From Vicugna vicugna (taxonomy: Eukaryota): 64,000 nt of DNA. The translations under genes were made by a program, and so were the position numbers. Positions 1-13,249 of the stretch are shown in pieces. Positions within the stretch are counted from its first letter, which is position 1; each line of letters begins with the position of its first letter. A model generated the notes under the pieces. The model had not been told where the DNA came from. It did not search any database and was given only the letters and a program-made list of their open reading frames with translations. The stretch covers positions 7,456,295 to 7,520,294 of the forward strand of contig MU058636.1 in assembly GCA_013265495.1 (NCBI GenBank), read 5' to 3'.

Positions 1-2140
1 AATGAAAATGATCAAAATAAACTTACTTTTCAGAAGTCTGAAAATCAACAAAAGGCTTGCAGTATTACAGAACATTTATTAAAGGAAATGATTGACTCTC
101 AGTAAGAACCGTAAGCTTTACAGCATTTCTCTTGTCCTATTCCCATCCATTTTTTTTCCCCAGCTCAACTGAGATTATCAAGTCTCAGGAATAGAAAAGA
201 AAAAGAAAAACAAAATGAACAGAGCCTCAGTGACTTGTGGGACATAGAAAGCATACCAATATACACTTAATAGGAATCAAGGAGGAGAAGAGAGAGAGAT
301 AAGGGCAGAAAAAAATATGTGAAGGAATAATGGCTGGAAATTTCCCAAAATTGATTTAGGAAAAAAACTCCTTGATCTGCACATCCAAGAAGCTGAATAA
401 ACCCCAATTAGGATAAAACCAAGAGTTAAACATCCAGACACATCAGTCAAAACATCAAAAGCCAGATCCAAAGAGAGAATACTGAAAGCAGCAAGAGAAA
501 ACTGACTTTTTAAAAATCTTATTTAGGACCAACATCTGACTTTCTAGAAGAAACAATGGAGACTGGAGGCATAGGAATGACATATTCAAAGTGCCAAAAG
601 AGTGTTAATGAAGAATTCTATATCCAGCCAAACTATCCTCCAAAAACAAAAAGAGCTAAACAAAAATTAAGAGAATTTGTTACTAGCAGTCATGCTTTAA
701 AAGAAATACTTCAGTCTGAAATGAAAAAAACACAAGACATTAACTCAAATCCATTGTACAGTGTGACCAAGTGGGATTATGCCCAAGAATGAAAGACTGG
801 TTTAATATCCAAATATCAATGTGATACCATATTAATAGAATAAAGGAACAAACCCCACCTGATCATCTCAATATACATAGGAAAAAAGCATTTGACAAAA
901 ATCCAACACTCTTTCACGATATAGTTTAAAAGAAAAAAAAGGAGGACTACAAGGGACTTTTCACAAGCTGATAAAAGAGCATCCACCAAAAAAAAGAACC
1001 GAGAACATCATACTTATTAGTGAAAGACTGACAGCAAGAAATCTGCTCTTACCATTTCTATTTAGTGTTGGATTGGAGGTTCTAGCCACCCAATCAGGCA
1101 ACAAAAAGATATCACAGGCATTCAGACTGGGAAGGAAGAAACAAAACTATCTCTATTTGTAAATGACATGATTTTGTATATTTTGTATAAAATTATAAAT
1201 CAGAAGCCAACTGTATTTCTCTAAACTGACAATAAACAATCCAAAAGTGGATTTAGGGAAACAATTCCATTTACAATAACATCAAAATGAATAAAACACT
1301 TAGGAGTAAATTTAACCAAAGTGCACAACTTGTACAATGAAAACTACTATGAAACATCATTGAAAGAAATTAAAGAAAACCTAAGTAAGTTGAAAGACAT
1401 TTTCTGTTCATGGATTTGAAGACTTAAAATTGCTAGGATGGCTATCCTCCCTCAAACTGATCTACAAATTCAATGTAATATCCATTAGGCTATCTTTTAT
1501 TCTTTAGAAATTTCAAACCAATTCTAAAATTCTGATGAAAATGCAAGGAACCTAGAATAGACAAAAGAATCTTGAAAAATGAGAATAAAGATGGAGACTC
1601 ACACATCTCAATCTCAAAACTTACTACAAAGCTACATCAATCAAGACAGTACAGTGCGGGCATGGGAGAGACATACAGATCAACAGAACAGAACTGACAG
1701 AAAAGAAATAAACACATTTATAGTCAGTTGATTTTCAAAAGGCTGCTGAGACAATTCAATGGAGGAAAGAATAATCTTTTCAACAAATGGTTCTGGGACA
1801 GCTGGACATCCACATGCAAAAGAATGAAGGCATAGTCCCAAGAGAATTAAAAACCTGTGGCCATACAAAAATATAAATGTTCATGATAGCATAATCCTTA
1901 CTAGCCAAAAGGTGTAATCAACCCGAAGTGTCCCTCGGGTGATTAATGGATAAACAAAATGAGGTAAATTTATTCAATGGAATATTATTCAGCCTGAAAA
2001 AGGAATGGCATACAAATATAGAATATAACATGAACAAACTGTGAAAATACTATGGTAAGTCAAAGAGCTCAGAAAGCCACATATAGCGGGGTGGGGGTTA
2101 GGCTTTCAATCTATATGAAACGCCCAGAAGAGGTAAACGT
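1..2140 (+). mobile_element. Ancient, internally deleted L1M LINE (5'UTR, ORF1, ORF2 and 3' remnants)
   Basis: Colinear L1-like blocks: 5'UTR-like (1-165), ORF1-like (aatgaacagagcctcagtgacttgtgggaca; aaagcagcaagagaaaa), ORF2-like (gaccaagtgggattatgcccaag; aaaagcatttgacaaaatccaacac; ttactacaaagctaca; ctttcaacaaatggttctgggaca) and 3'-like (aatggaatattattcagcc). Many stops and frameshifts. Confidence 0.9.
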
Positions 2141-2710
2141 GTGAGGCATGTCTGGGCAAAGTTAGCACTAAAGTCAGTCATGTCAAGGATGATAAAGTCA
2201 GTGATACGGAACAGAGAGGTGGGGGTAAGCTTTCGACACTGTGATTAACAATGTTCGATGTTACTCTGGAGAATTAAAATGTTTTTAAAAAGTCAGAACT
2301 GACGTGATCAAATCTGTGTTTCCAAAATATTATTCTTGCAGCAATGTTGAGGAGGATGGAGAAAATTGTTAAAATTAAAAAATCTTAAGTCAGAGATGAT
2401 TAGGGCCTGAGCTAGGGTGAGAGCAGAGGAAAGAGATAAAAGTGAATTGGAACATGCAGTTTTCCTTTTCTGAACTCCCACCAATTCTATTTGATAAGTT
2501 TACCTATATTTAAGCACTTTCAAATGAAAGTATCATGTTACCTATATATCTGTTCATAATACATATATGATTACAAATAAAATATGAAACCTACTGGATT
2601 GGGCTTGTGAACCAGGTATTTGGGTTTTTCTGTGATCACTGTAACACTGGGCAGGAAATCTGTTGGTTCAACATCATTCAGTTTGGAAATAACCCAACAT
2701 GTGTCAACTC

Positions 2711-2741
2711 TTGTTTTTGTTTTGTTTTGTTTTGTTTTGTT
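2711..2741. repeat. (TTTTG)n microsatellite
   Basis: ttgtttttgttttgttttgttttgttttgtt seen directly. Confidence 0.9.
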
Positions 2742-4321
2742 AATTTGCTTAGAGCAGTGAATACTGAATACTACCCATGCAAAAAATGTCTTCAAATATG
2801 TCAAGAACTTTACATTAGCAAAGACTTTCTTCAGAGATCATGCAAAAACAAATTACAACTCAACCCACATCCAACTTCACAAATTTGGGGCCAATGAGAT
2901 TTCACTATATACAATTATATATTTATTTGTAGAGAAAGCAAAAGTCTAATCAATTCTTCATTAGCAGATCCATTCTACAACTAAGATGTTAACTTTCAAA
3001 ACTGTGGAGACATCCTAAGAGTGAATCATTTATTCTGTACCATATAAATGTTTGTCTGAAACACAGTTTATGATGAGTTTATCAAATGGAGACATTTCTG
3101 TGAGAAATCTAAACCTCTTTTAATGATTGCTTTAGGGCTACGGGAGACATTTGAATTCACATTTTATAGTGAGATTTGATTATTTTTGGCAAATATTTCT
3201 GTACTGCTTTGGGTGCATCTTTTGCTGACAATGAAGTGGTTTCCTTGGAAATGAAACTGCTCAAAATTCAGTATGAACAGGACTATCCTTAGTCAACAGC
3301 TTTGCAGGCATTCTTATCATGAACTAGGATAATTCACTTGATTGTTAGAAATAAAATGTTAGCATTATATATTAATATACTGTAACAGAAAATATATTAG
3401 TTTGCTCCACTGACCCCCCAAAAAAGGTGTAATTATATAGACTTACCTATTATTGGGATATCAATATAAAATATATTTATTAAAAATTTTAATGTATTAA
3501 AATTCCTTTATTGGCTTTCTAATTTCAAATGCTAGCTAAAATTAGGGCTAATAGCTAAGGCTTCAAAGCATTTTCACATAACAAGATTTTCACTGCAGCA
3601 CTATTCTCTGTGATAACATTAAATGTAATGAAACTGGACATGTATTGCTAAGACACGACCTCGTGAATATCACAGAGCGTCGGATGAGTGAATACATTTC
3701 TTAACTTCAACAGATGTCTATTTGGGATGAATGTGTCAATTGCTGACCCTCCAAGATGATTACTGCAATTCTGGGGTCCATATAAAACAGGTTAATCATT
3801 TCAGCCTCCAGGGTTCTTGCGGGGAATAACAGGAAACTTGGCAATTTGTGTAAGCACATGACCAGTGCGGACTCTCATTACCCCTATACACATGAATGTC
3901 TAAAAATGTTATTTGAAATGCTAATTCTACTTATCAACTCTGATTTTTCTGTTGTTTTATACAATGATGATAAACTTATAACGAAAATGCAGTGGCGTCC
4001 CAAATAGAGCTGGGGCCTCCTAATAGCTCTCTCTTAATCCAATTGCCTAATGCTTTTCCTTTTGTTATGGTTGTGTCTCAAAATCAGGCTCTTTGAGGTC
4101 ATTTGGATTCTGCCTCTATCTCAAAGAAAAACAATAAGCAGTTTCTTTTTTAGTAGAATCCAATATTTATATCAAAAGAACACTTAATTTACCTTGTCAT
4201 AATGGTGATAAAAAATTTAAGGTAATGGGATGATATTACATACACATATTCATTCACCAAATATTGCCTGGTTCAGGGCAAGACACTGGGAAATGCAATG
4301 GAAAAGGCCAGATAAACCCAG

Positions 4322-4620
4322 TGGTAGACTAAGTACACAAACAATGGCCAGATCATACATAAAAAATAGAACTCTGATCCCCAACCTGCAGCAACTGCCC
4401 AGGAAACCAACCTCCTATCTGCAATAAACAGCCCAGGCAGCCAGTCTGCCGTAAGTCAGGCTTATAGGAGGCCAGATTACCATCTTTAGTGACAATCTTT
4501 ACGCCTCTTTTCTCTGATTTCCTGCTTGCAGCCCAGTGCAGGTCCCAGGGCACCACACCACCTAACCAGCTCTTCCAATGTGTTCATTCACATGATCTTA
4601 CCACAGCAAACCTCTTATAA
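4322..4620 (+). mobile_element. Old ERVL-class LTR fragment (MER74/MER54-like)
   Basis: gaactctgatccccaacctgcagcaactgcccaggaaaccaacc and cagcccaggcagccagtctgccgtaagtcagg resemble this LTR group as recalled. Family and ends uncertain. Confidence 0.6.
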
Positions 4621-4849
4621 TCCCCTGCTAGCGCCTTGTTATCTCAGACCTCTGTCTTTGGAGATGCCTTTTCCTTAGAATCGACGAAAAATACGACTCT
4701 ATATTCTGCAAGTATAACTCAAAGGCCATAGAATGTATTTCTCAGCAACTTGTGAGCACCAGGAACACTGCATGCTCACTTTCCCCAGGGCCACCACGAA
4801 CGCTCAGCCCCCAGCTCTGGAGTTTCAGGCCTTCACAGCCCGGGATCAT

Positions 4850-5080
4850 TTCCTCCAAAACCTAAAGACTGGTGAGTCATCATCCTTTGAATCTGGATTT
4901 GACTTTGGAAAATAACCAAAATCAAATTAGCAAATAATATGTGTGACCAAACTGGATAATTAAATCTAGGCTAAAAAAAAAATACACAAGAGTAATTTTC
5001 TTGTGAGGCTCACAGACTGGCTCCAACATCAACCACAGAAAAGGAGACACTTCAGAAATATTTTGCTTTTCTACAATTTG
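4850..5080. mobile_element. Degraded Tc1/mariner DNA transposon fragment (MARNA-like)
   Basis: tttgactttggaaaataaccaaaa and taattttcttgtgaggctcacagactggctc resemble the MARNA consensus as recalled. Confidence 0.45.
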
Positions 5081-6569
5081 GCTGCAAGAAGCTTGAACTG
5101 TGCGGGGCTGATGGTTTCACAGGGATCAGGGCTGACTTAGATACTTAGGGGCATATGTGCACACACAGACATGAATTATATGTATCCAGAAGATGTATTT
5201 TATACATACACTACCAAACATTTTTAAAACATCAGTCCTACAACTATATTGCCACTAGGCCCTAAATTATCTCCTGGTGATAAATTTGATAATATAGAGA
5301 AGCTCCTGATTCTTGTTAGAAAATTTAGACAATTAAGAGTACCATTTGTTGGGCTGTAGAGATGAATTCTGTCACTATGGCCATACTGATAGCGGCACAA
5401 ATAGACGATCATTTAATGCGAAGGTACTGTTAACTGCAGAGCAATCTTTTGTTGTTGTTGAAATGTGCGGCTGTCACCTCGCCTGGGGTGACGAACAGTT
5501 TTGCATGCAGCTTCTGCAGAGCCTGACTGCACTTCCCCTCTGACAGAACCACTGCACTGCTCCCTGCTGGGCCCACCTGTTAGACCTGATGGGTCAGAAG
5601 CTGAGGATGGGGGCTGGATGCACAGCCCAGCAGGACAGGCAGACGTAGGAGAGAACAAAAGAAAGGGGCAGGTCTGCGGGGGCGGGCCCTTCCGACACCA
5701 CTAATTAAACTTTCTTCCACTGCTCTGGGTGGCTCAGAAGCCCACAGTCAGTTGTCAGCTGGAAATTAGGTGCTATGTTTCTTAAAATCAGCTTTTTTTT
5801 TTCAAGCTCAAGCATCCGTGGCTACTTCCATAATCAGAAAGAAGGAAATCTGAAGATTCACACGATGACATTCACGTGTGACCCTCAGGACTGCCTTCCT
5901 CACCCCACCCCTCTGTCAACTGGCAGTTCTGAAGGACATGGGCCATTTGGACTTCAGCTTGGCCTCGTCATGCTCTTAGGGAGGGACAGCCCCCTTTTCC
6001 AGTGATCCCCTGAAGCACACCAGGAAAGGAAAGGGGGGCGGGGGCTCCTCACAATTCAGCTCCACTGGGCGGGACACCCTCTCAGTAAACATACGTTTTG
6101 TCCCTTTTAACCACTTTCCTATCTCCTTTCACTGCAAATGCAAGGCGGAAACGTGGGTGACTAAAAGTTCCTCGGGCGAGAGAAGGTTCTTTTCAAGTTG
6201 CTAAGAATAATTTCTTGTCATAAAAACAAACCAACAAAGACAAAATGTCACCTTCTCCCTAAGGCTGGGGCCCAGGAACGGGGCGGTGGATGGCTGAGAA
6301 CTGGGTATCCTCCACATGCAACAGGGCTGATGCATAAAACACACTGTGCGCCAAACACACCGAAGCAGGCAAATAGCAAACTGAAGATTTCTCTCTTGGC
6401 CAACTCGCTTGCTTTTGAAATATGAGCCACTTGAAAACATTTATATGCAGTTTGTATTCAATCCAGAAGAAGCTTTTATGAGTTTGAAATAATGTCCTAC
6501 TCAAGTTTCACATTGAGTCAGAGATGATGACCTCATTTTAATTTTTTTATTGTTCTCATAATTTTGGCC

Positions 6570-6940
6570 ATCTGAGGAGGAGCACTGGAAGTCAGAGGAC
6601 CTTCCTAGCTCTCTGATTTTACGTCACTGTGGCCTCTAAGTCTTTTATAAAACATAGCCTGTAAAGCAGTGATAACACCTGCTCTGCCTTCTTCACAAGG
6701 TAACAAGAAGGTTAAAATCATGTAACGTATGGTAGGCAGCTTGGTGTAGTGTAAAGAACTTAAACTTTGGAATCAAACAGTTTAGACCACTTATACTAAC
6801 GATTGGTGTAACCCAGAGCAAGGAACTGAACTTTTCGGGTGATGGAGGAGGGAGTAAATAACACCTACTATATGGATGGCTACGAAGTTTTAGAAGGACA
6901 AAACCTGTGAAGTGGCAGCCAGAGCCCATTAGAGTTGGTA
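6570..6940 (+). mobile_element. Two adjacent MIR SINE remnants
   Basis: MIR-like segments gagagcactggaagtcagaggacc, ctgtaaagcagtgataacacctgc and gcagcttggtgtagtgtaaagaac...ttggaatcaaacag. Confidence 0.65.
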
Positions 6941-7399
6941 TTCAATTATTATAAGTTCTATTTTAAAATGTAAACATCTATCAAATATAAAGTATTTTGA
7001 ACATTTCCTGAAAATAATATAAGCTTACTAAAATGGGCAACTGGCCCTCCTTTAAATCTCTGTGAGATATGATGGAAAAAGCAGACAGCCAGGAGGGCAA
7101 GGTATTGGTCCAGGTATGGCCACGAGTGAACAAGACAGTTTAAAAAAATCAACTCAAAATTTTACCAATGAAATCATGAATATAAAAAACTGAAAACTAA
7201 TCAAACTCCAGTCTAAAAAGAAGTGTCATATATATTAATGCAATTATAAGAATGGAAACAAACAAATGAAAGTAAGGGTAACAGAAACTTCTTGCATTGT
7301 TTTTACCCCAAACTGAATTGACAGAAATTAAATCAGAATTTTTAAGTTATTGCCCATTAAAATCCACATTCTCAGTTTGATTTAAATATGAATATGTCC

Positions 7400-7530
7400 T
7401 TTTCTGCTTTGAGGTATAAGTGATCTACAAAAATTGCACACATTTAATATATACATTTTGATGAGTTTGAACATACGTGTATACCTGTAATACCATCGCC
7501 ACAACCAAAGTACTAAACATACCTGCACAT
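7400..7530 (-). mobile_element. Old L1M 3' end fragment
   Basis: tttgaggtataagtgatctacaaaaattgcacacatttaatatatacattttgatgagtttg is a typical reverse-complemented L1MA/MB 3' terminus. Confidence 0.8.
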
Positions 7531-7857
7531 CCAAATACATGTGAGTAACTCTTGTACAACATACTTTTCTTGTATCTTAGTTTCTATTTCTAAAATAAGA
7601 AAAGTCGGTTCTCAATTTATCCAGTTTTCCTTGAGGTGATTTCCTGGAAGCGACGGTAAGTATGACTTTAATGCTAAATACTACACACAGATGTTTGGGT
7701 CTTGGATTTGGATACTGTTTGAAACAGTAAACGTGGCCTGATGATTTATTCTATTCCCTAAAATTTGAAGGATGTAAGTCACGACATCAATTACACATAC
7801 AAATGAGCAGGAAAACAAAATGAGTTTTATGCAAACTTTATCCAGCCAAGGCCCCTC

Positions 7858-8042
7858 TCAGTGGTATGCTAGTTAACTGGCCCTCCAGAAAAAAGCAAAA
7901 AGAGGCCTTTCATTTGCCAATTTCCAAGGTGTAAATACTCCCATCATGGCCAAATTCAAGCTATTAACAATTTAACGATCAGCCTGCAGAATCTCTGTAT
8001 ATTTACTGTGGGCCAGCAAGAGTGAATTCCAGCATCCCACTG
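7858..8042. mobile_element. MER63-like hAT DNA transposon
   Basis: Terminal inverted repeats (TIRs) cagtggtatgct...agcatcccactg; core ggtgtaaatactcccatcatggccaaattcaagcta. A homologous copy lies at about 16506-16722. Confidence 0.8.
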
Positions 8043-8329
8043 CCACCTTACCATTTGAACTAAAAAGTGTTGGTAAGCACAAGTGCAAGAAGAGGCAGAG
8101 GGGGAAGAAGCCAATTATAAAAGCAAAAACGTCCAGACATGTGAGGAACATCACACGTGCAGCATAGTTTGAGATGGGCATCAAATCCCCGTGACTTCAT
8201 CTTTTGCTGAAGCCCCCTCTTCTTTTTAACCGTGAAAATATCACCCTAATGTCAAACCCTGACACCTTCAACCACTTCTGCACCCCTTCACATCTGCCCT
8301 CTGTCCATCCCTGTGTCCCCTGCTGTGTG

Positions 8330-8536
8330 AACCTAGCTCATTCCCTCTCTTCTGCTCTTTCCCTGTCCATCTGTTCCTCTTGGCTCCTTTCTCTCTGTCC
8401 ATCTCTGGCTCTCTCTCCTCTCCCTTTCTACCTCTCTCTGTCTCTCAGTCTCTGTCTCTCTCTGGGCTTCTGTCTTCCTTTCCTGTCTCTCTTTCTGCCC
8501 ACATACCCCCATATCTCTGGCCCCCCACTTCTTTCC
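8330..8536. repeat. CT-rich low-complexity polypyrimidine tract
   Basis: About 200 nt dominated by ctct/tctgtc units. Confidence 0.85.
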
Positions 8537-9739
8537 TAATAACACCTACTTGACAATGTTTTTAGAGTCGTATTTTGAGTAATCTTCTCAGGACTCTCTT
8601 GACCTTCCAAGACTGAAAGTTTTGAACAGAAACCTCAGCCTTATGACCCACACTGTAACCATCCATCAAACTCTTGATAATTAGTTTCCTTCTAATTATC
8701 CTGCTTTCTCTCCCAGCATTTTTCATACATATGGCTTTTAAGTAGTCTTGGGGATCCAAATAATTTAAAGATTGAATCTAATTGTTTATCTAATATTCAA
8801 TCTGTGCCTTTTATAATTTTGTTGCAAAAGGAAATCAGGCACCTATGCCACTGAATATTTTCATGCACTTTTAAGTCCTAGACAAGCAGTGGTTGATTAT
8901 AGTCAATACGGATTTCAGGGAAATCTGAGATATGTATTACATAAAAGTGGTATAGAGAAAAATGGATCACCTCTCTCCTTGGCCATACACGGACACTTAT
9001 AAAGATAATAACATTATCCAAATAGATACTATTTCCATGGATATAATATATTGTTTCTTAGAATTCTCACATGGCAAATCTAATAATATCTTGATTTTCT
9101 CCATAACATTACCCTACCCTCTGCTACAGATTGTAACAATGACTCCTTATATTCTTATGTGCTTTTGAACCAGAGAGGGTGCGTGTGTGTATGAAATTGT
9201 ATTTCATTTACATGTTAAACTACCAGATTTCATACATGTTAAACATTACATAATACAAAGATCACAATTTTAGTGAATGGTTAAGTTCATTTTGAATGTC
9301 ATTTTTGATATAGGCTCCTTAGGGAGGTAAAAAAGAGGATTATCCCCACTCTTAGAGGATTTACAGTGTAGCTGAGGAAATAAGGCTTATACTTATGAAA
9401 CAACTAGAGAAGTAAAATCCGATGTATCACAGATACGTTAAGTTGTAAGGTAGAGGGACCTATAGCCCGCAGGGGCAGACAAAGGACGTTTTCGTGGAGA
9501 AAGAAATTCTCCTGACGGTAGCGGACCTTGTTGTTTAATCTAAGTCCAGTAATTTACTGAATCTGAGAGAATGATGGAGAGACAAGAGACCATCAGCGTC
9601 ATCTTCTGCAGGTTACATCCTACAGAGACGAAACCTAGTCCCAGACAGCTCCGTGGCTGGCCTGGGGCTACCACACCTGCTGCGCTAGGCCCTGAGCCGA
9701 CACTGACTTCACTCCTCTCGTGCGCTATGACAAGCATAG

Positions 9740-9935
9740 GACGTGGTCACCTTGTTTAATACTCAAAGCAACTGTGTGCCTTTGATACTATTTTTCCTTT
9801 TCACTCTGCAGATAAGGAAACTGAAGCGGAGGGAAGTTAAGGGGAGGAGGCCCCAGTTCAGTAGTGAGGAAGCGGAGATCTGAGGCTTGACTGAGGTGTC
9901 TCTAGCTCCAGAGCGAACGATCTCGGTCACCTGTT
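9740..9935 (-). mobile_element. MIR SINE
   Basis: ctgcagataaggaaactgaagcggagggaagttaa matches the reverse MIR core. Confidence 0.75.
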
Positions 9936-11199
9936 CTAGAACTGGGGGCAGGATTTAGGGCCGTCATTTTACGATTCGCAGCACCACGTTCTATGAAGAG
10001 AGAAGGTAGTTCACATGACTGAGCAGTCATTAGTCAGAGTGCCCAGAGCAGAGAACTTCAGATGTTCTAGAAAATGCAGTTTCCAACTTGAAACGTGACT
10101 TAGTTAAAAAAGATATAAATATCTCACCTCAGTTAAGGAATGACTAGGGAACTGGTTTGGGAACACAGACTCTCAAACACATAAGGCTTTGAAAGAAAAC
10201 TCCAGAAATAACTCTTGGCCAACCATGCATTTCTGAAGTGTGAAAATGCAACCCATCGCCAGATCTTCTGAAGAAAATCTGTGAAAATCAAAGGACATAA
10301 TCTGGTAGGATTTCTTCTGCCATCAGAGCTATACTGAGCCGCAGACAATTCTGGTTGAAATGTTTCACTCTTCCAAAAGGCAGCAGCTGGCCTCTGGTAT
10401 AAAAAGCAAGTTGGTGAATAAAATTCACACTCTTCAAAATGTGCGAACATCGGTGATTTTTTTCAGCACTGCTTTCTTCTAAAGCTAAGCCAGGGAGGCA
10501 AACACTGTCTTTTAAATATTCCTTTTTAATTTAAATTTCTGTCAATTTTCTGGGTAAAATGTTTTGTTTACAGTGCTATATGGTCAAGGTTAGCATGTAC
10601 GTGTGTACACACATACACACACACAAATACGCTGCTCTTCTAGCTCCAAAACAAGTTACAAGGCCAAAAGAGTGATCTCAGACTCAGTTAAAGGAAGATC
10701 TAATTTTATCACAAAATCCTCAAGGTATGACTAGGAACCATAAATATACCGCTACAGAGAGTGAGTCATTTACTAGCAAATGCTTCTGAACTCAGTGTCT
10801 AATAATGCGTATATTATTTGCCCTAAATTTAAAATTGAGATGGCCCTACTAAGTAACAGATATTTATATAACACAAGTAAGTTTATCGCATCAATTTGAT
10901 TCAGGCACCGAAATTAGTTTCATAAAATTCAAGACTCCTCTGGCCCCTTGATTTGGCAAAATGACAATACTTAAATCATTCCATCTACTGTACTGAGATA
11001 TCTTAGGAAAAGTGAATATCTATCTAGAAGGAACGTCCATCTATTGGAATCTATGGGATTTTCTAGATGGGATTTCCCCAATGTTCTTTTATAGTTTTTC
11101 TAGTTTTATATGAGAGAGAATCTCAGATGTAAACTAAACACATATATCCATTATTGATTGGTTTGATTTTTGCTATGACTATCCAACGCCTATCTTTTA

Positions 11200-11335
11200 A
11201 GAAAAAATAAACTTCATTTTAGAACAGTTTTAGATTTACAGAAAACAATGCAAAGATAGTACACAGAGTTCCTATATACCCCACTCCCAGTTTGCTCTAT
11301 CATTAATATCTCACATTAGAATTAGTATTATACCT
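11200..11335 (-). mobile_element. Old L1M 3' end fragment
   Basis: ttttagaacagttttagatttacagaaaacaatgcaaagatagtacacagagttcctatatacc. Confidence 0.85.
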
Positions 11336-11350
11336 TGCATTAATGTTACA

Positions 11351-11480
11351 ACATACAATGGAATACTACTCAGCCATAAAAAGAATAAAATAACATCATT
11401 TGCAGCAACATGGATGGACTTAAAGATCATTACTCTAAGTAAAGTAAGCCAGAAAGAGAAAGAAAAATACCACATGATAT
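11351..11480 (+). mobile_element. Short internal fragment of a younger L1 (end of ORF2), no poly(A)
   Basis: Closely similar to 58521-58648 in this window (atacaatggaatactactcagccataaaaa; gtaagccagaaagagaaagaaaaatacca). Confidence 0.9.
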
Positions 11481-11484
11481 AGAG

Positions 11485-11733
11485 GCAGGGGACACCCTGA
11501 GCAGTGACACAGTGGCCCCACCAAGCTCCTTCCCTGGGAACCACACGCAGCATCTCCGCATCAAGCCCCACAGATTTGAACCCATGTCTGTGGGCATCTG
11601 TGCTTTATCTCGATTCTTTTGTACACCCATTAGCAAGATGTATCCTGAGATAATTGCTTCTTCACTTTACGCCATTTTGACTTACAAAAGGTTTCGTACG
11701 AACCCTCTATTTCCAGATAGTAGGGGAAACTTG
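11485..11733. mobile_element. Partial Tigger-family MITE (MER82-like), one terminus only
   Basis: Ends ...ccagatagtaggggaaacttg followed by TA (11734-11735); aattgcttcttcactttacgccattttgacttacaaaaggtttc resembles MER82 as recalled. Confidence 0.65.
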
Positions 11734-13249
11734 TATAAGTCTCACAAAGCAAAGTATGGATAAAATAATTTTCATGTTTCCGTTCTTTTTATTGCAACCT
11801 GATTTAAAGAAAGAATATTTGCTTATCAACTTGCTTAAGAAACTAGTAGCCAGGTCTGTAATCAGCACCTCGCCTTAGAAAGCCACAATCACCCAGCCTT
11901 AGTGAACTCTCTCCACCTCCCATCTAGAGTACTGCCCGTTGTTCTTCTGTGCATGAACTTACCTTTGACAAGAACCGACAATTAGGGTGACTCTAAATCA
12001 CTGAGGAAAGAGACTTTTCAAATAACAATGTTGTGATCAGGGCTCACCAAAGGGCATAAACCACCACAAACCCATAAAACACAACTAAATGTGAAGATGA
12101 CAGTTAGATGACACTGCCAAGCCAGGGGCTTTCCCTCATGAAGGAGGGATGAATTCCCTTGTGAAAGAGGCCTCAAGGAGGCATCTAATGAAGCCACTAA
12201 TTCAGGCTGTGCCTCATGCGTCCTGTATCCTGAAGAAGCAGAAGGGATCATAATGAAACTCAAGGTCATTCAACTTAAACGAAGTCAAAGCATGAAGTCA
12301 AAAGAAATGTTGTGTTTATACTATTCCACTTCCATTCACTTTTTCTGTAAATGAGTTCTGGTGAGAAAACATTCAACTACATTTAATGTGGTCTCATAGT
12401 CACTTACCAAGCTTAGTTAGTCATGTTCTCCCATAAAAGCATACATGTGGTAACTCATGTTAAACTGTGGTCAATTTAAAAAGCAGATGGGAAAACATCT
12501 TACACTTAATATTTAGACAGTTAAGTTTGTTTTACATCCCACTTTCACTGTGGAGCAGTTAAAAGGTCATAAGAGGGTTCCAAGGAAATACTGAAGGGAA
12601 TGCTGGTTGTGCGGAAGGCTGATAGTTCAGCACAATCTAGTGAGTAGGAGAACGGAGGCTTCTAAGAAAGGTTTTCAAAAGAAATGGAGTTAATAGACAT
12701 ACATGATGCATTTAGTCCTACGGAAAATCATCTGATGGGTGTTTAACATATGTCAGAAGTAGTTGGATAGGAACATAGAAAACTAAGCAAATTTTTTAAA
12801 AATGAAGCAATGAATAACTCCAAGCAAAAACAATAAATTGTATAATAAATGAAACAATAATAGTATACTACTGGGCTCAGCAATAAAACGTACATGCTAA
12901 CTACTGACTTAATAAACATCTGTGACACAAATGTCTCTGGCTAAGGGAGAAAACTGAGGGAAATAGAAGGAAAGTAAATCAAGAAATAGCAGAATAAGCA
13001 TATTTTTCAATTTTGTGGAGGTAAATAGTTTTTTTTTAAAACAATGAAAACCTTGGGAACAGGACTTACATGGAAAGGCAGGACAAGATAAACCTCTGCT
13101 TTGTAAAAAATCCTTTAGTACTATCTCATCTCTAAGTACATGTATTTACTAATCTGTTACAAACGAAAAGAAATACATTCCTTTCATTAAAATTAAACTG
13201 GCTTCAGAGGCAGGGATAATACTCTATTTCTCACGGTCAGTCACGGTAT

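Noticed and set aside
3441..3480. Minus-strand TAG|GTAAGT, a possible recursive splice site
   Set aside because: The upstream sequence is A/T-rich and lacks a real polypyrimidine tract.
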